A stretch of 51,302 nt of DNA from a virus (Duplodnaviria; Caudoviricetes). Made by a program: the position numbers and the translations under genes. Of this stretch, positions 8,186 to 16,896 are shown piece after piece. Position 1 is the first letter of the stretch, and each line of letters begins with the position of its first letter. The stretch is taken from positions 1 through 51,302 of the IMG/VR virus record IMGVR_UViG_3300032237_000709; one strand, written 5' to 3'. Below the pieces are notes generated by a model. The model did not search any database, was not told the origin of the DNA, and saw only the letters and a list, made by a program, of their open reading frames with translations.

Positions 8186-8410
8186 CTATTGGAATAATTC
8201 TTTTATGATTTGTTTATGAGCCCATTTTATCATTTTCTGTGCTGTTACTTCATATTCATCACTATCTCCATTCATACAAATATCCCATTTTTCTTGATTA
8301 AATTTAGGGTGCGTTTTAACTATTTTAAATTCGTATTCTTCATAACCTTCAATTTCATTAATGTTATTTATAACGAATTGTTTAATATTCTTTTTTAACT
8401 TCTTTATCAT
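8186..8410 (-). CDS. hypothetical protein
   Basis: 74 aa; motif at 8428. Confidence 0.65.
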   Translation of the reverse strand: MIKKLKKNIKQFVINNINEIEGYEEYEFKIVKTHPKFNQEKWDICMNGDSDEYEVTAQKMIKWAHKQIIKELFQ

Positions 8411-8451
8411 AATTATTTATTTATAGAGTGAATGTAGGAAAGAAGTAGTGC

Positions 8452-9267
8452 CTAAGCATCTACTTCTTCTCTCATTACACCATAAGATATAGTTCCTTGT
8501 TCTAATTGATAACCGAACTTAATACCTACATTTCCGTTTCTATTCTTAGTAAATGTAATATAAGTACCACCACCATCTCTTTCAGATTCGCGTCTCATTT
8601 CACCCATAGCATCAAACAAATGCTTCAGTTTATTACTACCTACGAATTCGCCTTGTTTAGTTACTTGCTGAATGGCTAGAAACGATGTATATTTTCTTTC
8701 TGTATTATCACCTTTGTTATGCTTAACACATATATCAACAAACCATGCTTCAGCGGTTTTTCTATCCCAACCATTATCATCACGTACACCATCGATGATT
8801 TCAGCAGCACTATCAATTAGAATCAAATCCCATCCTTGTGCTAATACTTGCTCAAACACATCTTTAGTATTATACTCAAGATAATCCGCCATGAATAATG
8901 TCTTAACAAATCCGAATTGTGGGAAGCGTTCTGTGTATTTGAACATTTGCTTACGTCCCATTTCACCACTAATAAATAAACACTTACGTTGTCTATTATG
9001 ATTCTGGACCATAGCTAATACATCAAGTAACACTGTAGTTTTACCTACACCAGGATCTCCAATCATCATATAATTTGATGCACACGGAATACCTCCTTCT
9101 TCACTAAATAACTGATTAATAACTTCGCTTTCTGTCTCCATTGATTCCAACATACGTTGGTCAATATTTAATTGATTAAGCATTGTAATTTGTCCGAAAT
9201 CGATCAACGACGGAACATGAACTACATTTTGTACTTTAGAGGGTCTACCTCTTCTTTTTTGTTGCAT
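8452..9267 (-). CDS. RadA/Sms-like RecA-family ATPase with N-terminal AT-hook
   Basis: Walker A GDPGVGKTT, FISGE, Walker B LILIDS, QVTK.G, KNR.G; no Zn finger or Lon-like C-terminal domain. Confidence 0.8.
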   Translation of the reverse strand: MQQKRRGRPSKVQNVVHVPSLIDFGQITMLNQLNIDQRMLESMETESEVINQLFSEEGGIPCASNYMMIGDPGVGKTTVLLDVLAMVQNHNRQRKCLFISGEMGRKQMFKYTERFPQFGFVKTLFMADYLEYNTKDVFEQVLAQGWDLILIDSAAEIIDGVRDDNGWDRKTAEAWFVDICVKHNKGDNTERKYTSFLAIQQVTKQGEFVGSNKLKHLFDAMGEMRRESERDGGGTYITFTKNRNGNVGIKFGYQLEQGTISYGVMREEVDA

Positions 9268-9314
9268 AACTTATTATTTTTTGGTTAACGTGAATGTACG
9301 ATTGTTATTTTGCC

Positions 9315-9503
9315 CTACACATTTTCTTCTAGGTAAGTAATTATGGTTGTTTCTAAATCACCCTTAACTACTTCACCATTCTCATCATACACATCATATT
9401 GTGTGTAACCTAAGCTAACACTGTCTTCTAACACTGTAACGCTATATATTTCTTCATTATACTCAACTTCGTATGTTGTTTCTTTTTGTATCAATTGCAC
9501 CAT
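9315..9503 (-). CDS. hypothetical protein
   Basis: 62 aa; motif variant at 9519. Confidence 0.7.
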   Translation of the reverse strand: MVQLIQKETTYEVEYNEEIYSVTVLEDSVSLGYTQYDVYDENGEVVKGDLETTIITYLEENV

Positions 9504-9574
9504 AACTTTTTATTTGAAATAAAGATAGCTAGGCAATTTTGCCTAGCCAATCTTATAACCAAAAATCAAAATTC

Positions 9575-9742
9575 TTATTTAACCCATTCATCCATAGCCA
9601 CTTGCATTGCTTGTGCTGGTGTAATGGCATCGTCTTCTCTCATTGTTTTTAGAGCCGAATAAATCACTTCTATTTCTAAACCATGTTCCATTGCTTCATC
9701 CAATAAAACACTTATCACTTTCATGTCTGTTTGTGCGCTCAT
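9575..9742 (-). CDS. 55-aa hypothetical protein
   Basis: MSAQTDMKVISVLLDEAMEHGLEIEVIYSALKTM...DEWVK; ATATTTAT motif upstream. Confidence 0.65.
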   Translation of the reverse strand: MSAQTDMKVISVLLDEAMEHGLEIEVIYSALKTMREDDAITPAQAMQVAMDEWVK

Positions 9743-9774
9743 TTTATTTAATTTTTACTTATAAATATAGTGTA

Positions 9775-10044
9775 TTACGCTTCCCCTACAGGTCCGGTAT
9801 AATACATTTTACCTGAATTTATTTTAGGATCTTGTTCAACTAAATATTTAAGTATCTCAATATGTTGAAGAAGCATTTCATCGTGTTGTGATTTATATTT
9901 CATCAACTCCATTATTTCCTTATTTTGGATGTGTTGTTCCTTATCCAATAAATTAACTTGTTGTTGTAGTTTATTTATGTGGAGAATAATTGAAAATGAA
10001 ATTATTGCTAATATAATAATAAATGCAAATATTACTTCTACCAT
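9775..10044 (-). CDS. membrane-anchored coiled-coil protein
   Basis: N-terminal TM then heptad-like region. Confidence 0.7.
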   Translation of the reverse strand: MVEVIFAFIIILAIISFSIILHINKLQQQVNLLDKEQHIQNKEIMELMKYKSQHDEMLLQHIEILKYLVEQDPKINSGKMYYTGPVGEA

Positions 10045-10232
10045 GTTTGATTTTTATCTTTTTGTCTTTTCTTTAATTCAACCCATTTCAATTGATCCTC
10101 TAATGACACTAAATCACTAAATTTTCTTTCAAGTAATGGAATATACTTCTTTGGTCTTGCCGGTTGATTTAGATTTCTATCTAATCGTCTGTCTGCTTTA
10201 CTCTGAGCATCATCTTTGGTTTGAATAGCCAT
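10038..10232 (-). CDS. hypothetical protein
   Basis: 64 aa, overlaps the start of the next gene. Confidence 0.65.
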   Translation of the reverse strand: MAIQTKDDAQSKADRRLDRNLNQPARPKKYIPLLERKFSDLVSLEDQLKWVELKKRQKDKNQTW

Positions 10233-10250
10233 TTATGTTTTGGGGTTTAG

Positions 10251-10811
10251 TTACGAATTTAAGTATAAACGATTGTGATTATATTCTGCTACAGCATTAC
10301 CTTCAGCTAACATACCATAAGTATATCTAATGTGTTGATACATTTCATCTAATGATCTCTCAGATACACTACCTAATTCTTTAGCGAAATAATTATTTGA
10401 CTCATCAACTATATTTTGTGGTGTGTCTGGTAGTCCACAGTAATTTGCTTCGCCTACTTCTGATATAAACATTCCACTGTATAAACCTTTTAGATTATGT
10501 GCTTCAACAAATTTATCTGCGTTACACCAAATGAATATACATTCTTTATTTTGCAACAAAGGAACTGTAGCTGGACCAATAATCATTCCTATTGCTCCGA
10601 ACTGTCCTATAGCAAACAACCCATGTGGTGAACCATGTCCCATCATCATGATACGATCATGTTGTTTGATTTGTTCATCTACTTCATCTTTAGTCACTCC
10701 CCCACTGATGATTGTTACATCATCAAAGTCGGGGAATGATTTTAAGTTCATATAGATTGGTGTTAAAAAATCCGTTGATCTGTCGTTTGGATGTATTACT
10801 AATGTTTTCAT
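10251..10811 (-). CDS. hypothetical protein, possible caspase/gingipain-fold (His-Cys) domain
   Basis: IMMMGHGS and IFIWCNA motifs; motif at 10828. Confidence 0.6.
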   Translation of the reverse strand: MKTLVIHPNDRSTDFLTPIYMNLKSFPDFDDVTIISGGVTKDEVDEQIKQHDRIMMMGHGSPHGLFAIGQFGAIGMIIGPATVPLLQNKECIFIWCNADKFVEAHNLKGLYSGMFISEVGEANYCGLPDTPQNIVDESNNYFAKELGSVSERSLDEMYQHIRYTYGMLAEGNAVAEYNHNRLYLNS

Positions 10812-10842
10812 AACCTTTTTATTTGAATTGAATATACGATTG

Positions 10843-11175
10843 TTATTTTGCCAATTTATCTAAATCTTCTTTTAATCGTCTATGAAATGATTCCTCACTG
10901 TCATCACAGCTAATCAACCAATCAATACGCTGAGCATATACGTGAGCTTTTCTGAGTATCTCTACTCCTTTTTTAAACTCCTCGATAACTTCGTCGGAAT
11001 ACTTATAGTGGTTCAAATCCCCAGGGTATTTTTTATACCATTCAGGATCTCTCCAACCTTCATCCTTCAATTCTTCTCTTGTTTTAGGACGACCGCTACG
11101 TTCTATTCTTTGCTCAATCTCATCAGCAATCATTGTAATGTTGTATTGTTTGTAATCAAATGTTCCTCCGCTCAT
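10843..11175 (-). CDS. hypothetical phage protein
   Basis: MSGGTFDY...YAQRIDWLIS.DD.EESF pattern. Confidence 0.75.
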   Translation of the reverse strand: MSGGTFDYKQYNITMIADEIEQRIERSGRPKTREELKDEGWRDPEWYKKYPGDLNHYKYSDEVIEEFKKGVEILRKAHVYAQRIDWLISCDDSEESFHRRLKEDLDKLAK

Positions 11176-11180
11176 AGTAT

Positions 11181-11405
11181 TTATTTTTTATATAGTTCTT
11201 GATGATTAGATTTCTCTAGTACAGCTTTCACCTCCGTCCACCATTCATACCCTCTATCTGCTCCCATATACCCTAACACCTCATTGCAGATGCTAATAGC
11301 AATGTCCTTAGCAGTTATGTAGTTCTTCTCGTGTGAGAGTTCAAAGCACCATCTGCTGTATGCTTTGGTGTATAACTCCTGTGCTTTATCCTGCGCTGTT
11401 GTCAT
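11181..11405 (-). CDS. hypothetical protein
   Basis: 74-aa ORF in operon. Confidence 0.7.
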   Translation of the reverse strand: MTTAQDKAQELYTKAYSRWCFELSHEKNYITAKDIAISICNEVLGYMGADRGYEWWTEVKAVLEKSNHQELYKK

Positions 11406-11943
11406 TTTCTAATCTATTTAGTTCATTTCTTAATGAATCAATACTATACCCTTTATCGTATTTAGTTTTTGGATTTAATTCCTTAATTTGATCAGCTAAA
11501 TCTTCTCTAAGACCATCACTATACACTTTATGTTCAATAGCGTCAGCTAGATCCTGCATTTGATCAGTTCCATATACTGATATTCTTAAATCATAACATT
11601 CCCATTTAGTTTTATAGTCAGTGAGTTGAATACCTTTAGTTAAGCGTTGTTCTAAATCATATAAACGGTGGTTTCTAATCCTAACAATTGAATTATCACT
11701 ACCAAATAAATGTAAAAAACGTAATACCCACCTTGGACACCATTTAGGTTTAGCTTTGTAATCCATAAAGATTACTAGCGGTTCCATTGCTTTGAATATA
11801 TCTCCATCTTCATTCCAAGGTACTGAGCCTAGATATTTATATCTTTCATGGAAGTTTTTTGGAAAGAACACAGCACGGATATCATCTAATGTGATGTCTC
11901 GGGTGTGAATGTATTTACGTTTTTTACCTTTAAATATTATCAT
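11386..11943 (-). CDS. hypothetical protein
   Basis: 185 aa; motif ends 3 nt before ATG. Confidence 0.75.
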   Translation of the reverse strand: MIIFKGKKRKYIHTRDITLDDIRAVFFPKNFHERYKYLGSVPWNEDGDIFKAMEPLVIFMDYKAKPKWCPRWVLRFLHLFGSDNSIVRIRNHRLYDLEQRLTKGIQLTDYKTKWECYDLRISVYGTDQMQDLADAIEHKVYSDGLREDLADQIKELNPKTKYDKGYSIDSLRNELNRLENDNSAG

Positions 11944-11973
11944 AACGTGAATGTACGACTATTATTTTGCCTA

Positions 11974-12261
11974 CTAGTAATTTTCATCACAATCATAACA
12001 ATTATCTTCATATGATTCAAGTAATGAATCTAATTCATTTTCGCATTTATCAGCAATATGATATGATTTTCCTACCTCAAACATAATATCACTAATATTC
12101 TCTTCACCTTTTAAACCATCCAATGCGCGTCTAATATCCGCTAAATCAGATGAAATGTTTTTAAGTGTTTGTAGTTGCTCATTAGTTAAAATGTTTGCTT
12201 TAGGAGTTGCTTTAATCATTTCCTGTAATTCTTGTACTGTTGTTTTTTTCTTTGTTGCCAT
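11974..12261 (-). CDS. hypothetical protein
   Basis: 95-aa ORF. Confidence 0.7.
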   Translation of the reverse strand: MATKKKTTVQELQEMIKATPKANILTNEQLQTLKNISSDLADIRRALDGLKGEENISDIMFEVGKSYHIADKCENELDSLLESYEDNCYDCDENY

Positions 12262-12262
12262 T

Positions 12263-12538
12263 TTATATTGTTTTATTTGTTTCTATTTTTAATCCGTAAT
12301 TCATATCAAACATAGCCATTTGTCTACTAGCATATGCTTTAAGTAGGTGTTTTTGTTTCTTAAGGTATTTCACCCCCCATTCTCTCCATTCTTTATTTTG
12401 TTCTTCAGTCATTGTCCATTGCTGATACCAATTATCAGTTCGACCTTTAATATCTTCGAATGTAACGTTGTGACCTGCTATTTCAAACATTTTGTTGATT
12501 ATTGTTTCAACAATGATTTCGTCTTTACTTTTCTTCAT
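12263..12538 (-). CDS. hypothetical protein
   Basis: 91-aa ORF, WYQQWTMTEEQ..W..W motif. Confidence 0.7.
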   Translation of the reverse strand: MKKSKDEIIVETIINKMFEIAGHNVTFEDIKGRTDNWYQQWTMTEEQNKEWREWGVKYLKKQKHLLKAYASRQMAMFDMNYGLKIETNKTI

Positions 12539-12539
12539 T

Positions 12540-12629
12540 TTAATCGTCGTTTACTACTTTATCAAATATCTTCCTTACTAACCACTTAGTGGTTTCCCAA
12601 ACAATTATTACAACCGCTACTTGTATCAT
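12540..12629 (-). CDS. 29-aa membrane microprotein
   Basis: MIQVAVVIIVWETTKWLVRKIFDKVVNDD between motif at 12645 and the next gene. Confidence 0.55.
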   Translation of the reverse strand: MIQVAVVIIVWETTKWLVRKIFDKVVNDD

Positions 12630-12669
12630 TTTATCTTTTATAACGTAAATGTAAGATTATTATTTTGCC

Positions 12670-13218
12670 TTAATTAATTTTATTTCGTTTAATAAATCTA
12701 TTATAATATGAACATAACGGTTTTAAATTACTGTAGTGGTTTAATTTAATTACATCTTCTGCTGTTTTAGCTGTACTTAATGGAATAATATGGTCTATAT
12801 CCCAATATGTATTAGGTTCTAATATCAATTTACCTCCTCTATTATCCCAATTCATCCAAGGTTCAAATTGAGATTCAATATGTTGGCGAAATTCCTCTAA
12901 TGAACATCCTAATGTATTAGCAGTGTTACTATTCTTATTAAAAGATTTTTTTTCAAAAGATCTATATATTAATGATCTTATATTTTTAGCCAAAGCAAAA
13001 TTAGGATCTTCATTTCTTCGTTTAGTATGATACTTATTTACAACCTCTTGTACTTTTTCTTTATTTTTTTCTTTATATTGTTTATAATATTCTTTTCTTT
13101 CAGAAAAATATTTCTTCTGTTTTTCCTTATTATTCGATTGATATTCTTTAGAATATTTAAGTTTTTCTTCTTTATTTTTTTGGTAGTATTGTTTACTCCA
13201 TTCCTTTATATCAAACAT
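12670..13218 (-). CDS. HNH-type (homing) endonuclease
   Basis: Lys/Tyr-rich N-terminus; LGCS..F..HIE.QF..WMNWDN..WDIDHIIPLS..HYSNL.PL. Confidence 0.8.
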   Translation of the reverse strand: MFDIKEWSKQYYQKNKEEKLKYSKEYQSNNKEKQKKYFSERKEYYKQYKEKNKEKVQEVVNKYHTKRRNEDPNFALAKNIRSLIYRSFEKKSFNKNSNTANTLGCSLEEFRQHIESQFEPWMNWDNRGGKLILEPNTYWDIDHIIPLSTAKTAEDVIKLNHYSNLKPLCSYYNRFIKRNKIN

Positions 13219-13238
13219 ATGTTATTTATAATAAATAT

Positions 13239-13258
13239 AAGAAAGGGGCGGAAGCCCC
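13239..13258 (-). terminator. intrinsic terminator
   Basis: GGGGC-TTCC-GCCCC-TTTCTT on minus after the DUF932 gene. Confidence 0.65.
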
Positions 13259-13266
13259 AATCTATT

Positions 13267-14064
13267 TTATGCTGTCAGATATGAACCTGCTAATTCAAAT
13301 AATTGCTCATTTAATTCAATATCCTTCTGGAATGATGTTACTGAACGTGCTTTGCGTTGTTTACGTCCGTAGCTATAGCTACCACCCAACACTTTCTCTT
13401 GTACTCTATTAAATACAGCCCATAAATCATTACCTTGATCTTCAGTACGAGTCGCTTCAAGTAATTCCATAACATTAACTGTTGCTTTGCTACGCAATGA
13501 TATTGCTTTATAAGCGAAATCAGTCATTTGAGCTTCAGTTAGCTTTGTTGATTTAAACAGATTAATCTTCTGTACCAGACCTGGTAACTTCTCAATTACC
13601 TCGTTTACTTTCGCCTGTAACGATTCAAATGTGTAATTCATATGGCGAATGCTCACATTACTAAAATCCGCATCACTAATAACCAATCCATTACTACATA
13701 CTAAGCGGAATATACCTACTCTAAAGTTAAATGCTGCTTTACCATCATGACTATTTGTCAATAGGATTTGTGGAAACGCATCATCACCATTTTTACCCTT
13801 GATCTGAATGTCTGGGTGTCTAAACACGACAATGTGTTTTTGGAATCCTTTAAATTTCTTAGATTTAACTTCTTGTGCTTTAGTTACCTGCCAACCTAGA
13901 GCCATTAAATCCTCTACCACACGTGATGTTGGTGTTTGGATATACTTATCTGTTAAATGGGCTGCTTTTTCAGTAGTAAATACTGATGGAGCCATCATTT
14001 TGATTTGATCCAGCGAATATGAATTGCCGGTCATCATAGCATCTGTGTTTAATTCTTGATTCAT
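13267..14064 (-). CDS. DUF932/DUF945 family phage/plasmid protein
   Basis: ILLTNSHDG, GIFRLVCSNGL, DLWAVFNRVQE motifs. Confidence 0.85.
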   Translation of the reverse strand: MNQELNTDAMMTGNSYSLDQIKMMAPSVFTTEKAAHLTDKYIQTPTSRVVEDLMALGWQVTKAQEVKSKKFKGFQKHIVVFRHPDIQIKGKNGDDAFPQILLTNSHDGKAAFNFRVGIFRLVCSNGLVISDADFSNVSIRHMNYTFESLQAKVNEVIEKLPGLVQKINLFKSTKLTEAQMTDFAYKAISLRSKATVNVMELLEATRTEDQGNDLWAVFNRVQEKVLGGSYSYGRKQRKARSVTSFQKDIELNEQLFELAGSYLTA

Positions 14065-14132
14065 AACTTATCGTTTTTGGTTTTTAATTTTTTAACACGA
14101 TGAAGATACAACCTAGATTTTGCCTCCCAAAG

Positions 14133-15830
14133 CTACCTTGTAAAAGTGATATTTTGTCCATAAGTAGATGCGTAATATGTTCCACGTGGTAGTCCACTAA
14201 CGCTTATAGTAGCTCCATTTGCTATATAACTATAATTTCTAACTATACTTCCAGATATATTTGATACTATCATTACCCCAGCAACATTACAAGTAATATT
14301 GATGCGTCTACTGCCTGAGTTGTAATTAAATTTAGTAATGACTATTGGACTAGTACATGCTCTGAATAAGCTATCAGAATTAGGTAGGCCTACACATCCT
14401 GTTGGATCAAAGGTATATGATCTTGATTGTGATCCATTAAGGCATGGTGACCAGGCACTATATTTGAATGAACATGATATTGGTATTATTCCGTTATATT
14501 GGTATATGCCTATAGATGGTGTTGATCCAATTAAATTACCAGCGAAATCTTTTGTTAATCCTACATTAACACCATTACTTACAGCATATGATGTAGCTAG
14601 TAAATTATAATCCCAATATAATGGGTTTATATTAGTTGTATCAACCCATGTATTTCCCGTTGATCCTCTTTCAGTTATATCTAATGTAAAGTTTGTTATA
14701 CTACCCTTAGAAAGTTTATAAATATTGTTTGTGTGTGTTAAGTTAGTACCAGTCCATTGACCTGTTCTTGCAACAGCAGCACCATTACTTATTTGGAATA
14801 TATTATTCTTAATAACAACAATTCCTGCTGTGAGATCGGCTGTAGCCATAGCAATCATATTTAAATCTCCTGTGCGGCTAGTTACAGTTTGAATAATAAT
14901 GTTATTGTAGCATTGTAGATTAGTTACTTTAGTTTTATATTGACCATTATTGTTGATATAAATTAATGAGCTAGAGTTAATAATCTTATTGTAAGCAATA
15001 ACATTATTCATCTGTGGGTTGTTGGCTATACCATCAGCATTAGAACCAAACTCAAATGTTCCATTACAATCGTAGAATGTATTGTACATAACAATATTAT
15101 TCATAACTGTATCTCCTTCTTCAAAAAATTCAACTCCACCCCCATCATATCCATAATCATAACTCACTGAGTAACAATCATGTAAGTAATTGTTTGTGAA
15201 TGTGTTATTTCGGCTTGAAATTTGAACAGGCACTCCACCATAATCATCATCTGGATTAACAGAGGTTGGTGTATTTCTTATCATCCTTAAATTACCTATA
15301 TCACAGCTATCTATTGTTTGTGCTCTAGATGTTGATGTTATATAAACACCATATCCAATCCTATCCATTGTGCATTTTCTAACAACAACACCACTAGAAT
15401 TACTTTCTACTGTAAATGCAATTTGAATCTTTGCTTGTGTTGTTCTATCTGTAAATGAAATAGTTGTATCAGATATATTCCAACCATAAAATATTACATT
15501 AGTACATCCTCTTAATGTAACCAATGAACTGATTGTAGCACCATTACCCCAAAATAACGGGTCAGCACCGGTTCCATAAGTACCAAAATAAACATTTGAT
15601 TTGCTTTGTAATGTTAATGTACCAGTGAATTTAGAACCTTTAGCAAATAATACAGAATCACCATTAGATACATTACTCTGTACTTTAGATAGTGTTTTCC
15701 ATGGTGTGTTGGGATTTTGTGCTTGTGTAGTAGTGTAAGTATCGCTTCCTGATTGGTTTACATAAAATTTCCTTGCTTGCGCCGTAAACATTGTAATGAT
15801 TAACGTAAACAGCAGAACTAGTTTTTTCAT
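14133..15830 (-). CDS. secreted parallel beta-helix (pectin-lyase-like) protein with TSP1-like segment and T9SS-type C-terminal domain
   Basis: signal peptide MKKLVLLFTLIITMFTAQA; FYV..SGSD..PWKTL..GDSVLF.KG; Asn-ladder repeats; YSAWSPC.NG.QSR; C-terminal ISVSGLPRGTYY. Confidence 0.75.
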   Translation of the reverse strand: MKKLVLLFTLIITMFTAQARKFYVNQSGSDTYTTTQAQNPNTPWKTLSKVQSNVSNGDSVLFAKGSKFTGTLTLQSKSNVYFGTYGTGADPLFWGNGATISSLVTLRGCTNVIFYGWNISDTTISFTDRTTQAKIQIAFTVESNSSGVVVRKCTMDRIGYGVYITSTSRAQTIDSCDIGNLRMIRNTPTSVNPDDDYGGVPVQISSRNNTFTNNYLHDCYSVSYDYGYDGGGVEFFEEGDTVMNNIVMYNTFYDCNGTFEFGSNADGIANNPQMNNVIAYNKIINSSSLIYINNNGQYKTKVTNLQCYNNIIIQTVTSRTGDLNMIAMATADLTAGIVVIKNNIFQISNGAAVARTGQWTGTNLTHTNNIYKLSKGSITNFTLDITERGSTGNTWVDTTNINPLYWDYNLLATSYAVSNGVNVGLTKDFAGNLIGSTPSIGIYQYNGIIPISCSFKYSAWSPCLNGSQSRSYTFDPTGCVGLPNSDSLFRACTSPIVITKFNYNSGSRRINITCNVAGVMIVSNISGSIVRNYSYIANGATISVSGLPRGTYYASTYGQNITFTR

Positions 15831-15863
15831 TGATGAGAGTTTAATTATAAACATAAATATGAT

Positions 15864-15888
15864 AAAAAAAGCCCTCAAAATGAGGGCT
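15864..15888 (-). terminator. intrinsic terminator
   Basis: AGCCCTCA-TTT-TGAGGGCT plus U-tract on minus. Confidence 0.75.
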
Positions 15889-15915
15889 TAATGCGTAAAT
15901 GAAAAGTAATTCAAA

Positions 15916-16077
15916 TTACTTATTCTTGATAAGTGACCATACAGCACCAACTGCTGTGATAACTGCTCCAATTACTTCGTTAGTTACAGCTTCTGTAGCT
16001 ATACCTTTAACAATAAGAATACCACCTACAAATGTTAATGCGTGGCGGATAATGCCTAATACTTGTTCTTTGTTCAT
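15916..16077 (-). CDS. 53-aa two-TM holin-like protein
   Basis: MNKEQVLGIIRHALTFVGGILIVKG...VIGAVITAVGAVWSLIKNK. Confidence 0.7.
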   Translation of the reverse strand: MNKEQVLGIIRHALTFVGGILIVKGIATEAVTNEVIGAVITAVGAVWSLIKNK

Positions 16078-16140
16078 AATATAAAGTTTTTAATTATACC
16101 AATACATATTTGAAAGATATAAAAAAACGCGATTTAGTTA

Positions 16141-16338
16141 TTAATTTAAAATGCTGTATTTGGCGTATATTATTGCTTCGCTGTATCGTTCCATTTCATC
16201 TGTTGTATTAGGTGGAAATACTTCATCAACGGCTGCTACTAATTTTTCATTATCGATAGTGCCTTTTAATACCATAGTTTTAACCATTGATTCAATGGCC
16301 ATACATCTAAGATACATCATTTCTTCTGATACTTTCAT
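16141..16338 (-). CDS. hypothetical protein
   Basis: 65 aa; motif at 16362. Confidence 0.7.
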   Translation of the reverse strand: MKVSEEMMYLRCMAIESMVKTMVLKGTIDNEKLVAAVDEVFPPNTTDEMERYSEAIIYAKYSILN

Positions 16339-16361
16339 AATTTTTGGTTTTAATTTATACC

Positions 16362-16386
16362 ATAAATATAAGATAACTATTTTGCC
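16362..16386 (-). promoter_or_regulatory. 25-bp promoter motif copy
   Basis: ataaatata...gcc at +22. Confidence 0.7.
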
Positions 16387-16443
16387 TTCTTATTCCCGTT
16401 TGTAAAAAACCATCCAAATTTATTATTGAACCATAGTTCAAGT

Positions 16444-16689
16444 CTAATTAATATCTTCCTGAGCATACATTTTCTTTATTGTTTCATAATATTGTTCACG
16501 TAATCGTCTTACAGCACCATCAGCACTTGCTAATCCAAAATTAAACATATCGGGCTCTGGATGTTCCATTTCTTTTATTGCTTTAATAATGTCTTCGAAT
16601 ATTCCAAAGTCGAAGTATTTGTCATTTAATGCTTTGTACTTATTTTCCATTTCATACTCTTTAAAAGGTAATTCTAATTGTGTTGCCAT
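16444..16689 (-). CDS. hypothetical protein
   Basis: 81-aa ORF. Confidence 0.7.
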   Translation of the reverse strand: MATQLELPFKEYEMENKYKALNDKYFDFGIFEDIIKAIKEMEHPEPDMFNFGLASADGAVRRLREQYYETIKKMYAQEDIN

Positions 16690-16704
16690 ATGTTATATTT
16701 TTAT

Positions 16705-16896
16705 TTATTTAAGCCAATTATATCCTTCCCCAGGACGTAGTTTTGCTTTGGGTTTTTCTATTATTTTTGCTTTGCGGCCACGTGGTTTGCCTTTTTCATC
16801 CTCATCAGGCCACTTAGTATCGGTTACACGTTTATAAAATTGCCCTAGTACGCGTGTACGGTACTCAGGATCTTGTTTTGGGTATATAGGCGTCAT
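16705..16896 (-). CDS. small basic protein
   Basis: start MTPIYPKQ; KPRGRKAK. Confidence 0.6.
   Translation of the reverse strand: MTPIYPKQDPEYRTRVLGQFYKRVTDTKWPDEDEKGKPRGRKAKIIEKPKAKLRPGEGYNWLK

Larger units (their letters stand above)
133..14124 (-). promoter_or_regulatory. array of ~32 copies of a 25-bp promoter-like motif GGCA(AAA)-N-TAyATTCAC, often followed by GTTAACCAAAAA
   Basis: On + reads gtgaat(a/g)ta...gcc with gcc 22 nt after the first base; copies start at 133, 298 (GGT variant), 627, 799, 998, 1210, 1452, 2198, 2399, 3085, 3553, 3819, 4396, 4753, 5026, 5505, 5729, 6063, 6300, 6612, 6891, 7272, 7484, 7927, 8162, 8428, 9290, 9519, 10828, 11947, 12645, 14100; each lies just upstream of a start codon or RNA. 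Confidence 0.85.

Noticed and set aside
133-14124. Repeated motif read as a CRISPR array or integron attC sites
   Set aside because: Repeats are degenerate and mostly non-palindromic, are separated by whole genes of variable length, and lack RYYYAAC/GTTRRRY paired ends; no cas1/cas2 or integrase in the window
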